A stretch of DNA of 64,000 nucleotides from Octopus bimaculoides (taxonomy: Eukaryota): the NCBI RefSeq assembly GCF_001194135.2, contig NC_068983.1, positions 31,124,369-31,188,368 on the forward strand. Direction: 5' to 3'. The position numbers and the translations under genes are program-made. Within the stretch, counting starts at the first letter, position 1, and the number at the start of each line of letters is the position of its first letter. Shown here in pieces: positions 50,262 to 63,494 of the stretch. The notes beneath the pieces were generated by a model, which did not search any database, had not been told where the DNA came from, and saw only the letters and a list, made by a program, of their open reading frames with translations.

Positions 50262-51810
50262 ATTATCCTTGTGTGTTGACCTAAACCACTTGAGCCAGTA
50301 ACCTTGAATTCCGTCTGGTCCTGCCGCTTTCCATTTTGGTAGTTTTGTACCTGTACAATGACATCTTCCTTGCACATTTTTTCCCATTTTTTCCATTGCC
50401 CTTTGGGCCACTCATCTATGCGGCTCAGTTCTTTACGCAAAGTTAGAATATCGTCTTCACTTCTCCGTTTCCACCATGGCTCCTTCTGTCCGTCTACTTT
50501 CTTTTCTTTCTTTCCAGCCAGTCCACCTACTAACATTGAAGCGGATCTGATCAAGTCCCTTGTTTCCGTTAGATCTTTTGTCTGAATGTATTTCAGAATC
50601 CCATAAACTTTTTGGGTCACGCGCTTCATATTGTTACGGTTGAAGCTTCTTAAATTTACCGGTTTGGTCTCTGTTCTTGTAATTATTACATCCTGGAGTC
50701 GTATCCCGAGGTTTCTATGTTCCTTAGTTATATCATCTCGTAATTCAGGGTTTTCTACATTATATTGATTGGCCGGCCTCTCCTCCACTAAAACTTCACC
50801 TTTGTTACGCATTCGCTGATCTTCACCTACGTAATTCTCCTCGAGATTATCACCACTACAGAGGCTTTTCCTGTTTGTCTGTATGTGGGCCTCATTAAAA
50901 AAGCCTCTATTTCGAATTATTCTTATGAATCATGAGTCCATTTTCAGTTATCTGGAATATACCCAGCTGGTTCCAAAGTTCTAATGATCTTTTTCCGATA
51001 GCTTTACATTTACCATTGTTTTTGTCTAGCAAGGCTTATTCTTGACACTGGATCGTCTTTTGGTTCATATCAACAGACCACTTGAATTTGCGAGCACGTT
51101 GTACATTTTGACCAGTACAAAGACTATGTCTTGTAGTATGGCTAGCAGTTGTTGGATTACAACCAGGACCACCCTGCTGCACAGTGGGGCACCTTCCCCA
51201 TTGATTCCAGTCCCGTTCACACCGTCATCGTCATTTATTTTGCTTGGCATTTTCACTCACAAATGAGGTGTGTTTTTAGGTTACTACCAACCGGTATTTT
51301 TATCGAGACACCATCTCTCTCAAAGTAGTCCGCCAAAGCGACAGGGTCCTTGCACCCCTGGTTTTAGACTCAGAGTGTTCCTTCTCTTAGGCTGCTTGCC
51401 ATCCAAGGCTAACGAGTACAGCCTACTTGGAGCACTGGTTATTCAAAGGCGCCAGATACTCACCTTTTCTCACACTTCACCTGTTGGTTTGGTGAAGGAG
51501 TCAACCAAGACTGCAAAGCTCTTACTACCTATAAGTTGGGCCTGTTCCATTCGCTTTTCTGTGTGTTGGGGACCATGATCCTAATTCTCACTAGGAGATA
51601 GGTGTACGTCAGTTGGTCCCGTATCTTCATCCAAATATTGCTCCGGAGTTGAGACCGATTTGCAGTTCGTTCGCCTTCATCCCAGGCATGGAGCCATTGG
51701 ACACTGATAGGTTGTCACCACTGTGACTAAGGAGTCCTATCTATCCCAGTTTTTAAATCAGAGTGTTCCTTCTCCTAGACAGACTGCCAACCAAGGCTCA
51801 CGATTTCTAT
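50262..51810 (-). mobile_element. 5' half of an R4/Dong-like RLE retrotransposon with putative 5' UTR
   Basis: ILKYIQTKDLTETRDLIRSASMLV…EPWWKRRSEDDILTLRKELSRI (pre-RT region) and KWKAAGPDGIQGYWLKWF (RT start), then truncated; upstream non-coding region carries a duplicated ~55-bp motif. Confidence 0.75.
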
Positions 51811-51849
51811 CTATTCGTTTTCGGAATGGCCATTGACTTTTTCAGGGTC

Positions 51850-52400
51850 AAAAAAAAAATATAAAATACCAAAAAAATAAGGTACTTGAGTCGATAAACT
51901 CGACTAGTACCCTCCCCTAAAATTTCAGGCCTTTTTGCCTTGAGTAGAAAGAAATAATATTTTGGGCGGAGAGCTAACAGAATCGTTAATCCACTGGACA
52001 AAGTACTTAGTGGCATTTCTTCCGGCATTATGTTCTGCTATCATATCCAGCCAAAGTCAACTTTGCCTTTCTTCTTTCCGGGATCGATAAAATAAAGTAC
52101 CACGCAAGTAGTGGGGCCAATATGATAGACTAGCGCCCCCCCCCCCCAATTTCAGGCCTCCTGCTTATATTAAAAACATTATTACTAAGGTGGTGAAATG
52201 ATAGAATCCTCAGTGCGTCGGGCAAAATGCCTAACGGCATTTCTTCCGACCCATTTTGTTCTGAAGTCGACTTTACCTTTCATCCTTTCAAAGTTGATGG
52301 AATAGTACTAGTTGAACACTAGGGTTAATGAAATTGATTAACTCCCCCCGTCGCAAAATTGTTGGCCTTCTGTCAAAATTTGAAACCATTATCATTATTG
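51850..52400. mobile_element. Cluster of SINE family B pieces
   Basis: Repeated cagaatcgtta…aaatgcctaacggcatttcttcc…gtcgactttacctttcatcctt and aaatttcaggcc segments. Confidence 0.7.
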
Positions 52401-53589
52401 TTGTTGTTGTTTTGTATCGGCACAACACCCCTTCAAATTGTTTTTAACAGTTGTTTTAAAACCTGCGTTTAAATTTTTTGTTCTGTTTTCTGGCTAAACT
52501 GACCAGGTTCCTAAGTTATAGATTGTTTCAGCTCCTCGGGACAGAATATATTAAATGTTCCTCGAATTTTACCAATATTTTAGAACAAAAACAAATGTGG
52601 CGTCGCAATTGGAGGGTTGGAACAGCAAACGCAGAAGGATTTTCCACAGCATCCTCTCACCACGCCCATTGTAAACACATGTAGCCGTAACGGCAGCAGC
52701 AGCAAGAACAGCAACAACAATAGCAACGACCACAAAAGCAAAAACAACCTACCAAATACCACTACCATCGCAACAGTGCAGTTATGGCAACAACAAAACC
52801 AGCAGCAAGGAACAACATGCTTAATCAAAATAATAACTAACAACACTAACTCTCATGTTAATGTTCAGCAGTCATAGCAGCAACATTACTTCCATCATTA
52901 TCACCGTCATCACCTCCACTCCAACAGCAGACAACTCAAGAACAGTCTAACAACAAACACTATCACAACAACCAGCCAGATAGTTAAGCCAACTGGATCT
53001 TTTGTTCATGCAGCTCGAATAAAAGAAAGAATTTTGCTGCAGAGAGAAATACTTATTAAAGAAAGAAAGTCATCCTCAAAAAGTCTACCCAGTCAGATTG
53101 TCGACCAAACTTATCGACCGTTGCATCAGTGTTAAAACTCGGCAGGCTGAAAGGCCACCCTAAAGGAGAGCAGAAAAGTGACTGGAACCCATGTGGAAAT
53201 AGGACAAAAAAATACAAAAAATTTTCCTCGCACGAAACAAACGATTTGGTACAATTGGGTATATGGATAATTTTCAGGAATCCATGACACAGAACTACTA
53301 TCAGTTCGGGATGAATTCTAATGTCACGGGGAATGAAGGACAGGATGTATCATGATTAAATCAATTCATCATATCATTAACGATTATCTTAACGATACAG
53401 AGGATTTCCTGAAAAGCAATATCAACTGCAGCATGATTTGAAGTCAGAAAATCGAGGACCAGACTAAATACTACGACGCGTTTAAACGCATATCGTATCG
53501 TTTTAACCAATCCATATTTTCTGCTAATAATAATAATAATAATAATAATGATAATAATAATAATAATAATTATTATTATTATTATTTTT

Positions 53590-54528
53590 TCAAATTTTTG
53601 AAAAATGTTGACATTACATGGAGTCTTCCACCCTAAGGGCGACACTGATAGGCTGTACTTGTCCAGAAGAAAGGATGGAAGAGATTCGATCAGTTTCCAG
53701 GAGTGTATCAAAGCAGAAGAAAACAGTTTAGGGCGGTGTATAAAAAATGCTGTGGAGTCATTGCTGAAACATACGAAGAAGGCTGGCGTTATCAAAACTG
53801 AGAATTGTGTAATGAAAGAAAAATTTAAAGAAGAAATGAATACAAGACAAAAATGGCATAGAAGGAGAGAAAACTATACGGTCAGTTTGCAAGAGATGCG
53901 AACGCTAAGACAGATACAGAAGACCGGTGGCTATGGATGAGGTGGTGTGACCTGAAGACAGAGACAGAAGCACTCATATGCGCAGCTCAGGAACATGCAT
54001 TAAGGACCAACTATGTGAAGTGCAGAATAGACAACACTACTGATAGCAACAAATGCAGAATATGTGGTGAGAGGGGTGAAACGATATGGCACATCTTTAG
54101 CGAATGCCCGAAAATGGCACAACGCGAATATAAAAGATGGCATGACAATGTGGCAAGAATGATCCATTGGGAACTGTGTGAAAATCATAACCAACAAAGA
54201 GGAAAGACATGGTATGAGGAAACCCCAGAAGGAGTTGAGAATTGCAAAATCCTGTGGAATACAATGATTCAGTGCGATCATTTAACCAGTTATCGGCAAC
54301 CGGACATTGTTGTGGTGAATAAAAAACAAAGAACATGCATGATAATCGGCATAGCATGTCCCGGTTACAGGATCAAAGAGAAAGAAGATAAAATAAACAA
54401 CTATGATGATTTAAAGTGGGGAATACGAAGGTTGTGGTCAATGAAGAGAGTAGACGTGATACCAATAGTAATTGGTGCACATGGAAGTATTAGCACTCAA
54501 CTGACGCTTTCCATCATACCCAGCAAAA
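53590..54528 (+). mobile_element. 5'-truncated R4/Dong-like RLE retrotransposon (subfamily A) between (TAA)n arrays
   Basis: HGVFHPKGDTDRLYLSRRKDGR; DLKTETEALICAAQEHALRTN; CRICGERGETIWHIFSECPKMAQREYKRWHDNVAR (CCHC); RQPDIVVVNKKQRTCMIIGIACP; VIPIVIGAHG. Confidence 0.9.
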
Positions 54529-54532
54529 TAAC

Positions 54533-54589
<57 letters not shown>

Positions 54590-54591
<2 letters not shown>

Positions 54592-56095
54592 AACCGTGTG
54601 AGACGTCTGACAGCAGGCTGCTGTCCGCTTTCACAGAATCTACCAGAACAAAAAGATCGAACGTTCTGAGAAGTAAAACGATAGTAATAAAAACTAGTAG
54701 CAGCTCGCCATAGTCACTACCCTAAAGTAAAAATAGACAGAATATATCTACTCCGCTCAGAAGGAGGTCGCGGCCTGACACAGCTAGAGAACTACTATAA
54801 AATAACAGTATTTGGACAAGAAAAGTACTTAGAAACAAAAAAATGGAACACAACTACATGCAAGAAAGCAACTCGAACAAAAGAAAACACTTTTCTTTAT
54901 ACACTAGGAGGCGACAAAATACAAAACAAAAACAAACTACACTAATAAACTGACCTAAGATGACAACATAGCAGAAGAGGTCAAAGATATAAAAAACATG
55001 AAAACAGAATGACAAAATATACTAAAAAAAAAAAAAAAAGAGAGAGAAAATCATTCCATGGCCAATACCTGCAAGGTTTGACAGAGAAGAAGTGAGCCTA
55101 AGTAAAAGCCAACAATGACTCAAAAGCTCTGGACTAAAAGCAGAAACGGATGGACTGATTCTTGCAGCACAAGATTAATGCCTAACCACAAGCAACTATA
55201 AAAGCAAAATAATGAAAACAGGCTCTAACGCCAAACGCAGCCAGCACGATGAGACAGTTGACTACATCTTCTCTAGCTGTCCAGTTCTTGCCAAATCTGA
55301 ATATATATACAGACGTGACCGAGTAAATATTTATATTCACTGGACAATATGCCAACTCTACAACATAAAAACTAACAAGAAATGGTATAAACATGTATCA
55401 AACAAGGTACACGACAACGACCAGGCTACAATCATTTGAGATATGCCTGTTCAAACTGACAAAGAAACAAAAGCTAATCTCTGAGATTGGGTGGGGGGAC
55501 ACCTACTTATTGCAGAAGTGGAGAAGTTGTCAAAGTACAAAGTCCATGAAATTGAAATATTCAAGATGTGAGGGGCATGAAGGTGAAAACAATACCAGTA
55601 ATAATTGGAGCATTAGGTACGATAAAAAAAAAGGATATGAACAAAACCATACAAAATATACCCGGACCCTCAACACTGCACACTATCGAAAAAAGTAGCC
55701 CTGCTAGAAATAGCCCACATCTTACGCAAGATACTATCAATTCAACAATACAATCCAAACAAAACAATCCACAAACAAAAATCACACTATACAGTAAATA
55801 TCCAATAAAATAAGCAAAAACCACAACAGGTATTCTACAGGCCAAATACCCGTCAGAACACAACTAGCATTACACACACAATTCAAAAAGCACACAATAC
55901 CAACACAAATACGACAAAAGACTGCAACCAGACCCATAAAAACAAAATGATGCAATATAATACCGGGAAGAGTTTGCACTCGCCCAACAATAAAAATAGA
56001 ATACACAATGCTGCCCACACCCCAGCAACACGGAGGTGTAGCAGGTGATGCAGTAGAAACCTGCCTGACACTATCAAATTTCGAATAATAATTAT
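54590..56095 (+). mobile_element. Second, divergent RLE retrotransposon 3' part with 3' UTR and (AAT) tail
   Basis: HYPKVKIDRIYLLRSEGGRGLTQLE; SSGLKAETDGLILAAQD; DETVDYIFSSCPVLAKSEYIYRRDRV; MPVQTDKETKAN; KTIPVIIGALGTIKK; CA-rich 3' UTR to ~56090. Confidence 0.82.
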
Positions 56096-56934
56096 AAAAA
56101 AAAAGAAAAAACAATAATAATCCTTTCTACTATAGTAAATATCCAATAAAATAAACAACCACCATAGTGCTAAGCCTGAAATTGTTTGGGGGAGGGGGGT
56201 TAAACCATGTAATCGACCCCGGTGCTTGATTAGTACTTATTATATCAACCCCTGAAAGGATGAAAGGGAAAAGCAAGCTCGAAACAACAACGACGACAAC
56301 AACAACAATAAGAAATTATTCTATCTCTCATTCCTTAAATGTTTGCAATAATAATTGCCTTAAATTTTTGCCTTAAATGTTTGCAATAATAATAAATAAA
56401 CATGTAAAGAGACAATATACTGAAAAGAAATTGCTGAAAACTTTAAAATTGCGCCTCAAATCTGATGGAACAAAGTTAAAACAAATTGTAACATGCTGCA
56501 CGACTTATACAATCTTTCTTTGTTATTTTACAGTATTTATCCAAGTTGGTTCTAAATATTTCAGGAAGTTGGCGTTAATCTGCTGCTTGTCACTATTGAA
56601 TGAACATTTGTGCTTTGTCTCATTTCAATTCTCATTTACTATTGTTAACAAGTCGTACATGTTTCGTCAGCATTGATACGATGGATATATCTAGGAAACA
56701 GTTGCATCCAATATTAGTCTATTGAAAGTTTTAATACTTTCTAAGTCTAATCAAAATTTACATATCGTTGAAGATAGTCACATATTCTATATTTCATGTC
56801 TGTTTTCAAAAACTGCATGCAATTAAGTTAAGGAATGCAACATGAAAAACATATTTCGTAAAGTATATGAAGTTGAATTATTTTCAAAAGTGATTCAATG
56901 AAAGTTCAAACAAAAACACTTTTATAATTAACTG

Positions 56935-58088
56935 TCACGAGAGAGAGAGAGGGAGTGAGAGGGAGAGAAGGAGAGAGAGAGGGAGTGAGAGTGAGAGAGT
57001 GAGAGAGAGTGAGAGAGAATGAGAGAAAGAGAGAGGGAGAGTCAAAGAAGCAGAAATACTGGAATAACAGAGGTGTGTGAGTATGTGTGTGCGTGTGTGT
57101 GTGCGTGTGCGCATGTACGTGTTTGCGTAATATACACGCGTACTTGCATGCACATTTTGTATGTGTATGACCGAATGTGTGCGTGAATGTGTTTAAGTAA
57201 AAGAGAAGGCAACAGCATGAATGGAAAGCAGAAAGAAAGAAAGAAAGAAAGAAAAGAAGAAAGAAAGAAAGAAGATAAAAAAGCAGAGAAAGCGAACTGG
57301 CAACAGGATAAAATAGATTTGTTGTTCAGCTTTAACCTCGTGATCACAGAGATTTCTAGAAATTTGCATCTCATTGTATGTATTCTTACTTAGCAGGTCA
57401 ACTCATCTGAACTCATTATGGCTTTACATTCTTATTTTGGAACTTCCATTCAATTCGTTGTCATTTTATTTATTCATTTATTCATTCATTATTCATTTAT
57501 TTGATTATTCACTCATTATATATATATATATATATATNNNNNNNNNNNNNNNNNNNNNNNNNNNNNNNNNNNNNNNNNNNNNNNNNNNNNNNNNNNNNNN
57601 NNNNNNNNNNNNNNNNNNNNNNNNNNNNNNNNNNNNNNNNNNNNNNNNNNNNNNNNNNNNNNNNNNNNNNNNNNNNNNNNNNNNNNNNNNNNNNNNNNNN
57701 NNNNNNNNNNNNNNNNNNNNNNNNNNNNNNNNNNNNNNNNNNNNNNNNNNNNNNNNNNNNNNNNNNNNNNNNNNNNNNNNNNNNNNNNNNNNNNNNNNNN
57801 NNNNNNNNNNNNNNNNNNNNNNNNNNNNNNNNNNNNNNNNNNNNNNNNNNNNNNNNNNNNNNNNNNNNNNNNNNNNNNNNNNNNNNNNNNNNNNNNNNNN
57901 NNNNNNNNNNNNNNNNNNNNNNNNNNNNNNNNNNNNNNNNNNNNNNNNNNNNNNNNNNNNNNNNNNNNNNNNNNNNNNNNNNNNNNNNNNNNNNNNNNNN
58001 NNNNNNNNNNNNNNNNNNNNNNNNNNNNNNNNNNNNNNNNNNNNNNNNNNNNNNNNNNNNNNNNNNNNNNNNNNNNNNNNNNNNNNNN

Positions 58089-58121
<33 letters not shown>

Positions 58122-58156
58122 AGAGAGAGAGATATAGAGAGAGCCACACACACTCA

Positions 58157-58190
<34 letters not shown>

Positions 58191-58470
58191 TGCTCTTCCA
58201 CACAAACAAATATATATATAAAATGTATTACTTCTAAGAATTCTGTGTTACAAGTTGTGTGTGTGTGTAGGCGTGTGCGCGCGCTTGTGTATACATAGAT
58301 ATGTATATATTTGTATGCATGTAAATGTTTGTAGGCATGCATGTATGCATATGAATATTATATATATATATATGTATATATACGCGCATACATATATGTG
58401 TACATATTGTCATATACATACATACATGCATACATACACACACGTATATAGGCATACGGTCATTAATCTT
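56935..58470. repeat. Microsatellite zone ((GA)n, (TG)n, (GAAA)n, (TA)n) with a gap
   Basis: Directly visible arrays; gap at 57538-58089. Confidence 0.9.
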
Positions 58471-59606
58471 CTGCACTCAAAACTTGACATTACTGTCACA
58501 ATTTCATACAATTAATTTCTGAACCCAAATTTGCTTCAAATAAACAAGAAAGTTAATATTTTCATTCTTCAAACTGATCTAAACTAAAAATACTGTGTTC
58601 AGAAAAATAAAGCCAAAACTCTATGCAGTCACTCCACTTGTTAGATGTAATTTCAAAATCTTCCTGAAAATCCTATTTAAACAACTTTAAAAAAAAAACA
58701 ACAAAAAATAACAGAGTACCCGTTTGATAAATGCAGTCACCGATACAAAAATAACGGTATCGTTATAGTTAGAATACCTATCGTACGTTTTCCCGTTCAG
58801 GATTCGTGGTACCTAACAAGAAACCACCACCACCACCACCACCACCACCGCCACCGCCGCTGCTGCCGCCACCACCACCACCACAGCAACAACAACATTA
58901 ATCTATAATATACAATCTAGTTTAGTGCTTCCGCTTCCTGAGTTTAATTTCCATCAATTTCACAATAGTTTTCAACAATCTCAGCTCAATAGAATAGGTA
59001 GCAATGTTACATTAGGGTCAATTTATCATACGCACCAGTTAACTACACAAAACAACTAAGTTACATCATGAAGAAGCCTCTGCCTGATCAAAGGACTTGC
59101 TAGAAATAGTGATCAACTATCTTTTTGAATTCATTCTCTGCTATCTTAAAAAGGTGAGTTGGATAATGTAATCCTGGATACACTGACAAAAAAAAAAATG
59201 GAAGAAGGAAAAAGAACGATGGAATGATCGTGATCGTAAAACCTTTTATCAGAGTTGTTTTTGCACCGTTAAAGCGTCATAGAAAATGCCGGCAATGTTT
59301 CATCAGAGCCATTTACATTCTGTTTTCAAATCTCATTGAGATCAACATTGCCTTTCACCTCTCAGAGGTCAATAAAATGAAGTATTAGTCAAGTACTAGG
59401 GTCAATTCAATATCCCTTTAATATATCTAAGTTATGAAAAATAGATCAAGGCTAAAAAAAGCAAACAAAACACCTTATTCAAACAACAATACTGCAAGAC
59501 CGATGCAAACACTTTAACAGACATAAGTGCACGCACGCAAGCAAGCACACACACACGATACACATAAATCAGTAACGTTCTGTGGTTATTATAATGATAC
59601 TTTATA

Positions 59607-59910
59607 AGGCAACGAGCCAGCAGAATCGTTAGGGGGAAATGTTTAGCGGTATTTCATCCGCCGTTACGTTCTGAGTTCAAATTCCGCCTAGGTCGACTTT
59701 GCCTTTCATCCTTTCGAGGTCGATGTCGATCTAATCGACTTGATCCTTTTGTCTGTCTTTGTTTGTCCCCTCTATGTTTAGCCCCTTGTGGGCAATAAAG
59801 AAATAAGAATCGTTAGTACGCCGGGCGAAATGCTTAGCGGTATTTCGTCTGCCGCTACTTTCTGAGTTCAAATTCCGCCGGGGTCGACTTTGTCTTTCAT
59901 CCTTTCATTC
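59607..59910 (+). mobile_element. Two tandem SINE family B heads
   Basis: aaggcaacgagccagcagaatcgttag…ctgagttcaaattccgcc…ggtcgactttg at ~59607 and again at ~59807. Confidence 0.8.
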
Positions 59911-59914
59911 TCTG

Positions 59915-62165
59915 GAGCGGAAGGTTCTTAAGATCCAGGAGCTCATCCTACGAGCTATATCGACCTCATTGTTGATGTGAGCTCTCCAAATGATATTGTT
60001 ATCAACAATTACTCCTAGGTCTCTGATATTATTAGATGCTGTGAGCGGTTCCCATGAAGGAAGAGAGTATGGCTATTTTAGTATAGTCTTTCTTCCAAAT
60101 TTTCTCTCGTTTAGCTGCATTTTGTTTTTGTCTGCCCATCGACTCACTGCATATAGATCAGACTGGAGTTTGAGTTCGGTCTTCTTCATTGATGATTTTG
60201 CTGGAGCTTAGTGTCATCAACAAATATTTTCACTTTACAGTGTTTTACGACGCTGGAAAATCGTTTGTGTAGTTTATAAAGAGGAGCGGGCCCAAGAAAG
60301 TCCTCTGAGGGACACCACTGGTGACTTTTGCTGGGCTTGAGTGGACTCCATCGACCACAACTTTTTGTGTTCTATTCGCCAGTAAATACTCAATCCAGTG
60401 TAGAAGTTTTCCACGGATTCCAGCATTTGCCAATTTTGAGAGTAAGATATTATGGTCAACCTCGTCGAATGCTTTACTGAAGTCAAGATATATGACATCA
60501 GAGTTCGAACCTGTTCCCAAGGCTTTAAGTGTATCTTCAATGTTGTGTAAGAGCTGTGTTAGATAGTCCTTGCCACAGCGAAAGCCATGCTGATTTGCAT
60601 TTAGGAGTTTAGGGATCTCCAGGAAGCCAGCTATCCTTGATCTTACCACTCTTTCAAACACTTTAATGATGTGGGAGGTGAGTGAGATTGGGCAATAGTT
60701 GACTGCGAGGGATCTGTTTCCCTGTTCGAAAACTGGGATGACAGACTGGGATAGGAGCTGTTTCGGTATATAACCTGAGTCTAAAGAATTTCTCCAGATC
60801 TTGGTCAGAGGGACTGCAAGTTGGTGTCTACATTCCTTCAGGAGACTAGCGGGGAATCTATCAGGGCCTACAGCAGAATAGTATTTGACCTCATTTATTG
60901 CTGTTATGATGTCTGAGGCAGTGAAGGTTATGTCCGTTCGCTTCTCTTACCTCAAAAAGTATTGTTTCTGCAGTATTTCTGCCATTTCTTTAGCATCGTG
61001 TTGGGGAATGCCGATCAATGGCCCAATGAGTGAGACAGCAGTTCTATGCTTATTTGCATAAGAATAGAACACATTTGGGTTCTGTTTGATGTTTCTGATT
61101 ACTCACTGTTCCTCCGCAGCTCTTTGATTTTCAATTGAGGTTTTCATGTCGGTTTGCAGATGAAGTTTTTCCAGCTCCAGCCTTTTCATTGTTGCTGAAT
61201 GTGGATGTTGTATGTGGGAGTATTTTAAATGATTGATTGTTTTTATTGAGTTTTTTGATGCGTCTGAAGAGTGTTTTTTTCTTTCTCGGGAGCCAGTTTC
61301 TGTTTGTGTTAGTGGATTTCGTAGGAGCGTGTTTGAGCGTGTATAGGTGACAATGTTCTCAACGTGCTGCCATGCGGTCTCAATGTGAGTGGAACTGAAA
61401 ATGAAGGACCAGTCGATGGCGGACAGATCCTTTCTGATTGCTCCCCAGTCCGCTTTGTGGAAGTTTATGTTGTCAAATAAGTGCAGCAGAGTGGGATTGG
61501 CTGGTTTAGTTTTGATATTCCGGGAATTAAAATTGCAGAGTATCATGTCGTGGTGTGAGAAGAGAGTTTTTTCAACTGAAATATTGTGAACGGAGCTAGA
61601 GTGGTTGGTTAATATTAGATCCAAGATCGCTTTATTGTCTTGTAGCTTCGAGCACTAGCTGAGTCAGGAAAAATGTATCCATTAGATTAAAAATCCTGTT
61701 GCTGCTTTGACTGATGTAGAGCATTTGCCTAACTTCAGAGTATTTGTAGGTCAGTTTATATGAGGAAAGTTAAAATCACCCATCACTAGTATGTTTCCGG
61801 AGTTGTATTTTTGAAGGAAGGACTTGATTTTGTTGAGGCACTTTTCAAAGCATTATAGAGGTGCTTGGGGAGGCCTGTAAACACCAACAATGATTATGTC
61901 TTTGGTCTTGTCGAATAGTGATATAGATTCACGATAGCCATTGGAAAATATGTCCTTAGCATCAACTGAAAAGGAGTCATGGAGAAAGATGACTGTCCTC
62001 CCTTTATTTCGGTCTGTGCGATCTGCGCGGATGATGGTGAAATCTTTTATTTGCATCTCGGCATCCATATGTGTGTTGTTTAGGTGAGTTTCAGTAAGGA
62101 TAAAGAAAGGAAGCAATGTGCCGTTTCGGCAAGCCAACTCTCTATGCATGGGATCTTACATTTTT
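59915..62165 (-). mobile_element. Degenerate CR1-clade LINE ORF2 (APE endonuclease and RT), truncated at both ends
   Basis: LTETHL…FTIIRADR…GVYRPP…GDFNFP…DLILTN…SHHD (APE); NQHGFRCGK…VIYLDFSKAFDEVDH…SGVPQ…LGPLLF…FVDDTKL (RT); several stops and frameshifts. Confidence 0.9.
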
Positions 62166-62168
62166 GGG

Positions 62169-62207
<39 letters not shown>

Positions 62208-62423
62208 GCGAGAAAGATNNNNNNNNNNNNNNNNNNNNNNNNNNNNNNNNNNNNNNNNNNNNNNNNNNNNNNNNNNNNNNNNNNNNNNNNNNNNNNNNNN
62301 NNNNNNNNNNNNNNNNNNNNNNNNNNNNNNNNNNNNNNNNNNNNNNNNNNNNNNNNNNNNNNNNNNNNNNNNNNNNNNNNNNNNNNNNNNNNNNNNNNNN
62401 NNNNNNNNNNNNNNNNNNNNNNN

Positions 62424-62500
<77 letters not shown>

Positions 62501-63494
62501 CTGATATGGCTGCACCGTGTATTTCAATATGTTTATCTCTAACGAACTTGCATAACGCTAAATATTGAATATATTTCAGCATATCTAGAATATCGATCGT
62601 TTAACTCCACTAACTATACACCCAGAATATTCCAGTATGCAGGGCCTTGCAGAATGAATATTTTTCGTTTTAAAATCTTTATAACTACAAAATTCTATTG
62701 ATTTTCGTGGAGGTTTCTTCAACATCGTCAATTCCCGACAAATGTAAAATCTGGTGTTGATACAGATGTGTTCTGATGTACTTAACCGTATCATTGCTGA
62801 AAAAATTATATTCCCAAAATTCAAGTTCCTTATCGCCAATGTTTCGCTGGGTCGTCCAATTGCAAATGAAATGTTGTGTGTTATTGTTGTTGCTGTTGCT
62901 TCTGTCGACGTTGTCATCGTTGTTTCATGCATTGAAACCATATGAAATTTAAGACTTTATTGATTAATCGTAAATACCTTTATTTTCTTCGGTTTTGGTG
63001 TTGTACTGGTTTTGTTGTTCTTTAGCCTCAGGTCAGGTCTATCTGAGCAGACTTACGATCTAAAGCTGCTCGGTCGTGGGGATCCTGTCCTTTCGTTTCA
63101 AAGAGTAATGATGCACTGCAGACTACACTATCCAACGTGATCGTTTTAATACAGAAGTGTGATTCGAGGGAAATTTCGCTACTATTTCGAACCGGTTCAA
63201 TCACCACCTAGCAGATCCTTTCGCTTCAGGTTTCCATTATTTTTGAGAGATAATCAACCTCAGACTGAAAAATGGCGTGAATACTTGTAGCTTAGTGGAA
63301 TTCGTTAAATACACTCTTGAGTCAGATAGTGGGCTTGAAATGGATGAGGGATTAAGCCTTAAATTTTTTAGTATATTGAATGTAAGTGAAGATAGCCGGT
63401 TTCAATCAAATATTGAAACTGACTTTTTGGCACATTACCCTCCAGAAACTCATATCTTATTCGACCACATGAAATATTCTTGCCTATTCATTTA

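Noticed and set aside
51575-51625. HDV-like ribozyme from the gggacca/tggtccc stem
   Set aside because: Lacks the L3 UCC-CG loop, the adjacent P3'-P1' and the GG for P1.1; kept only as general structure.
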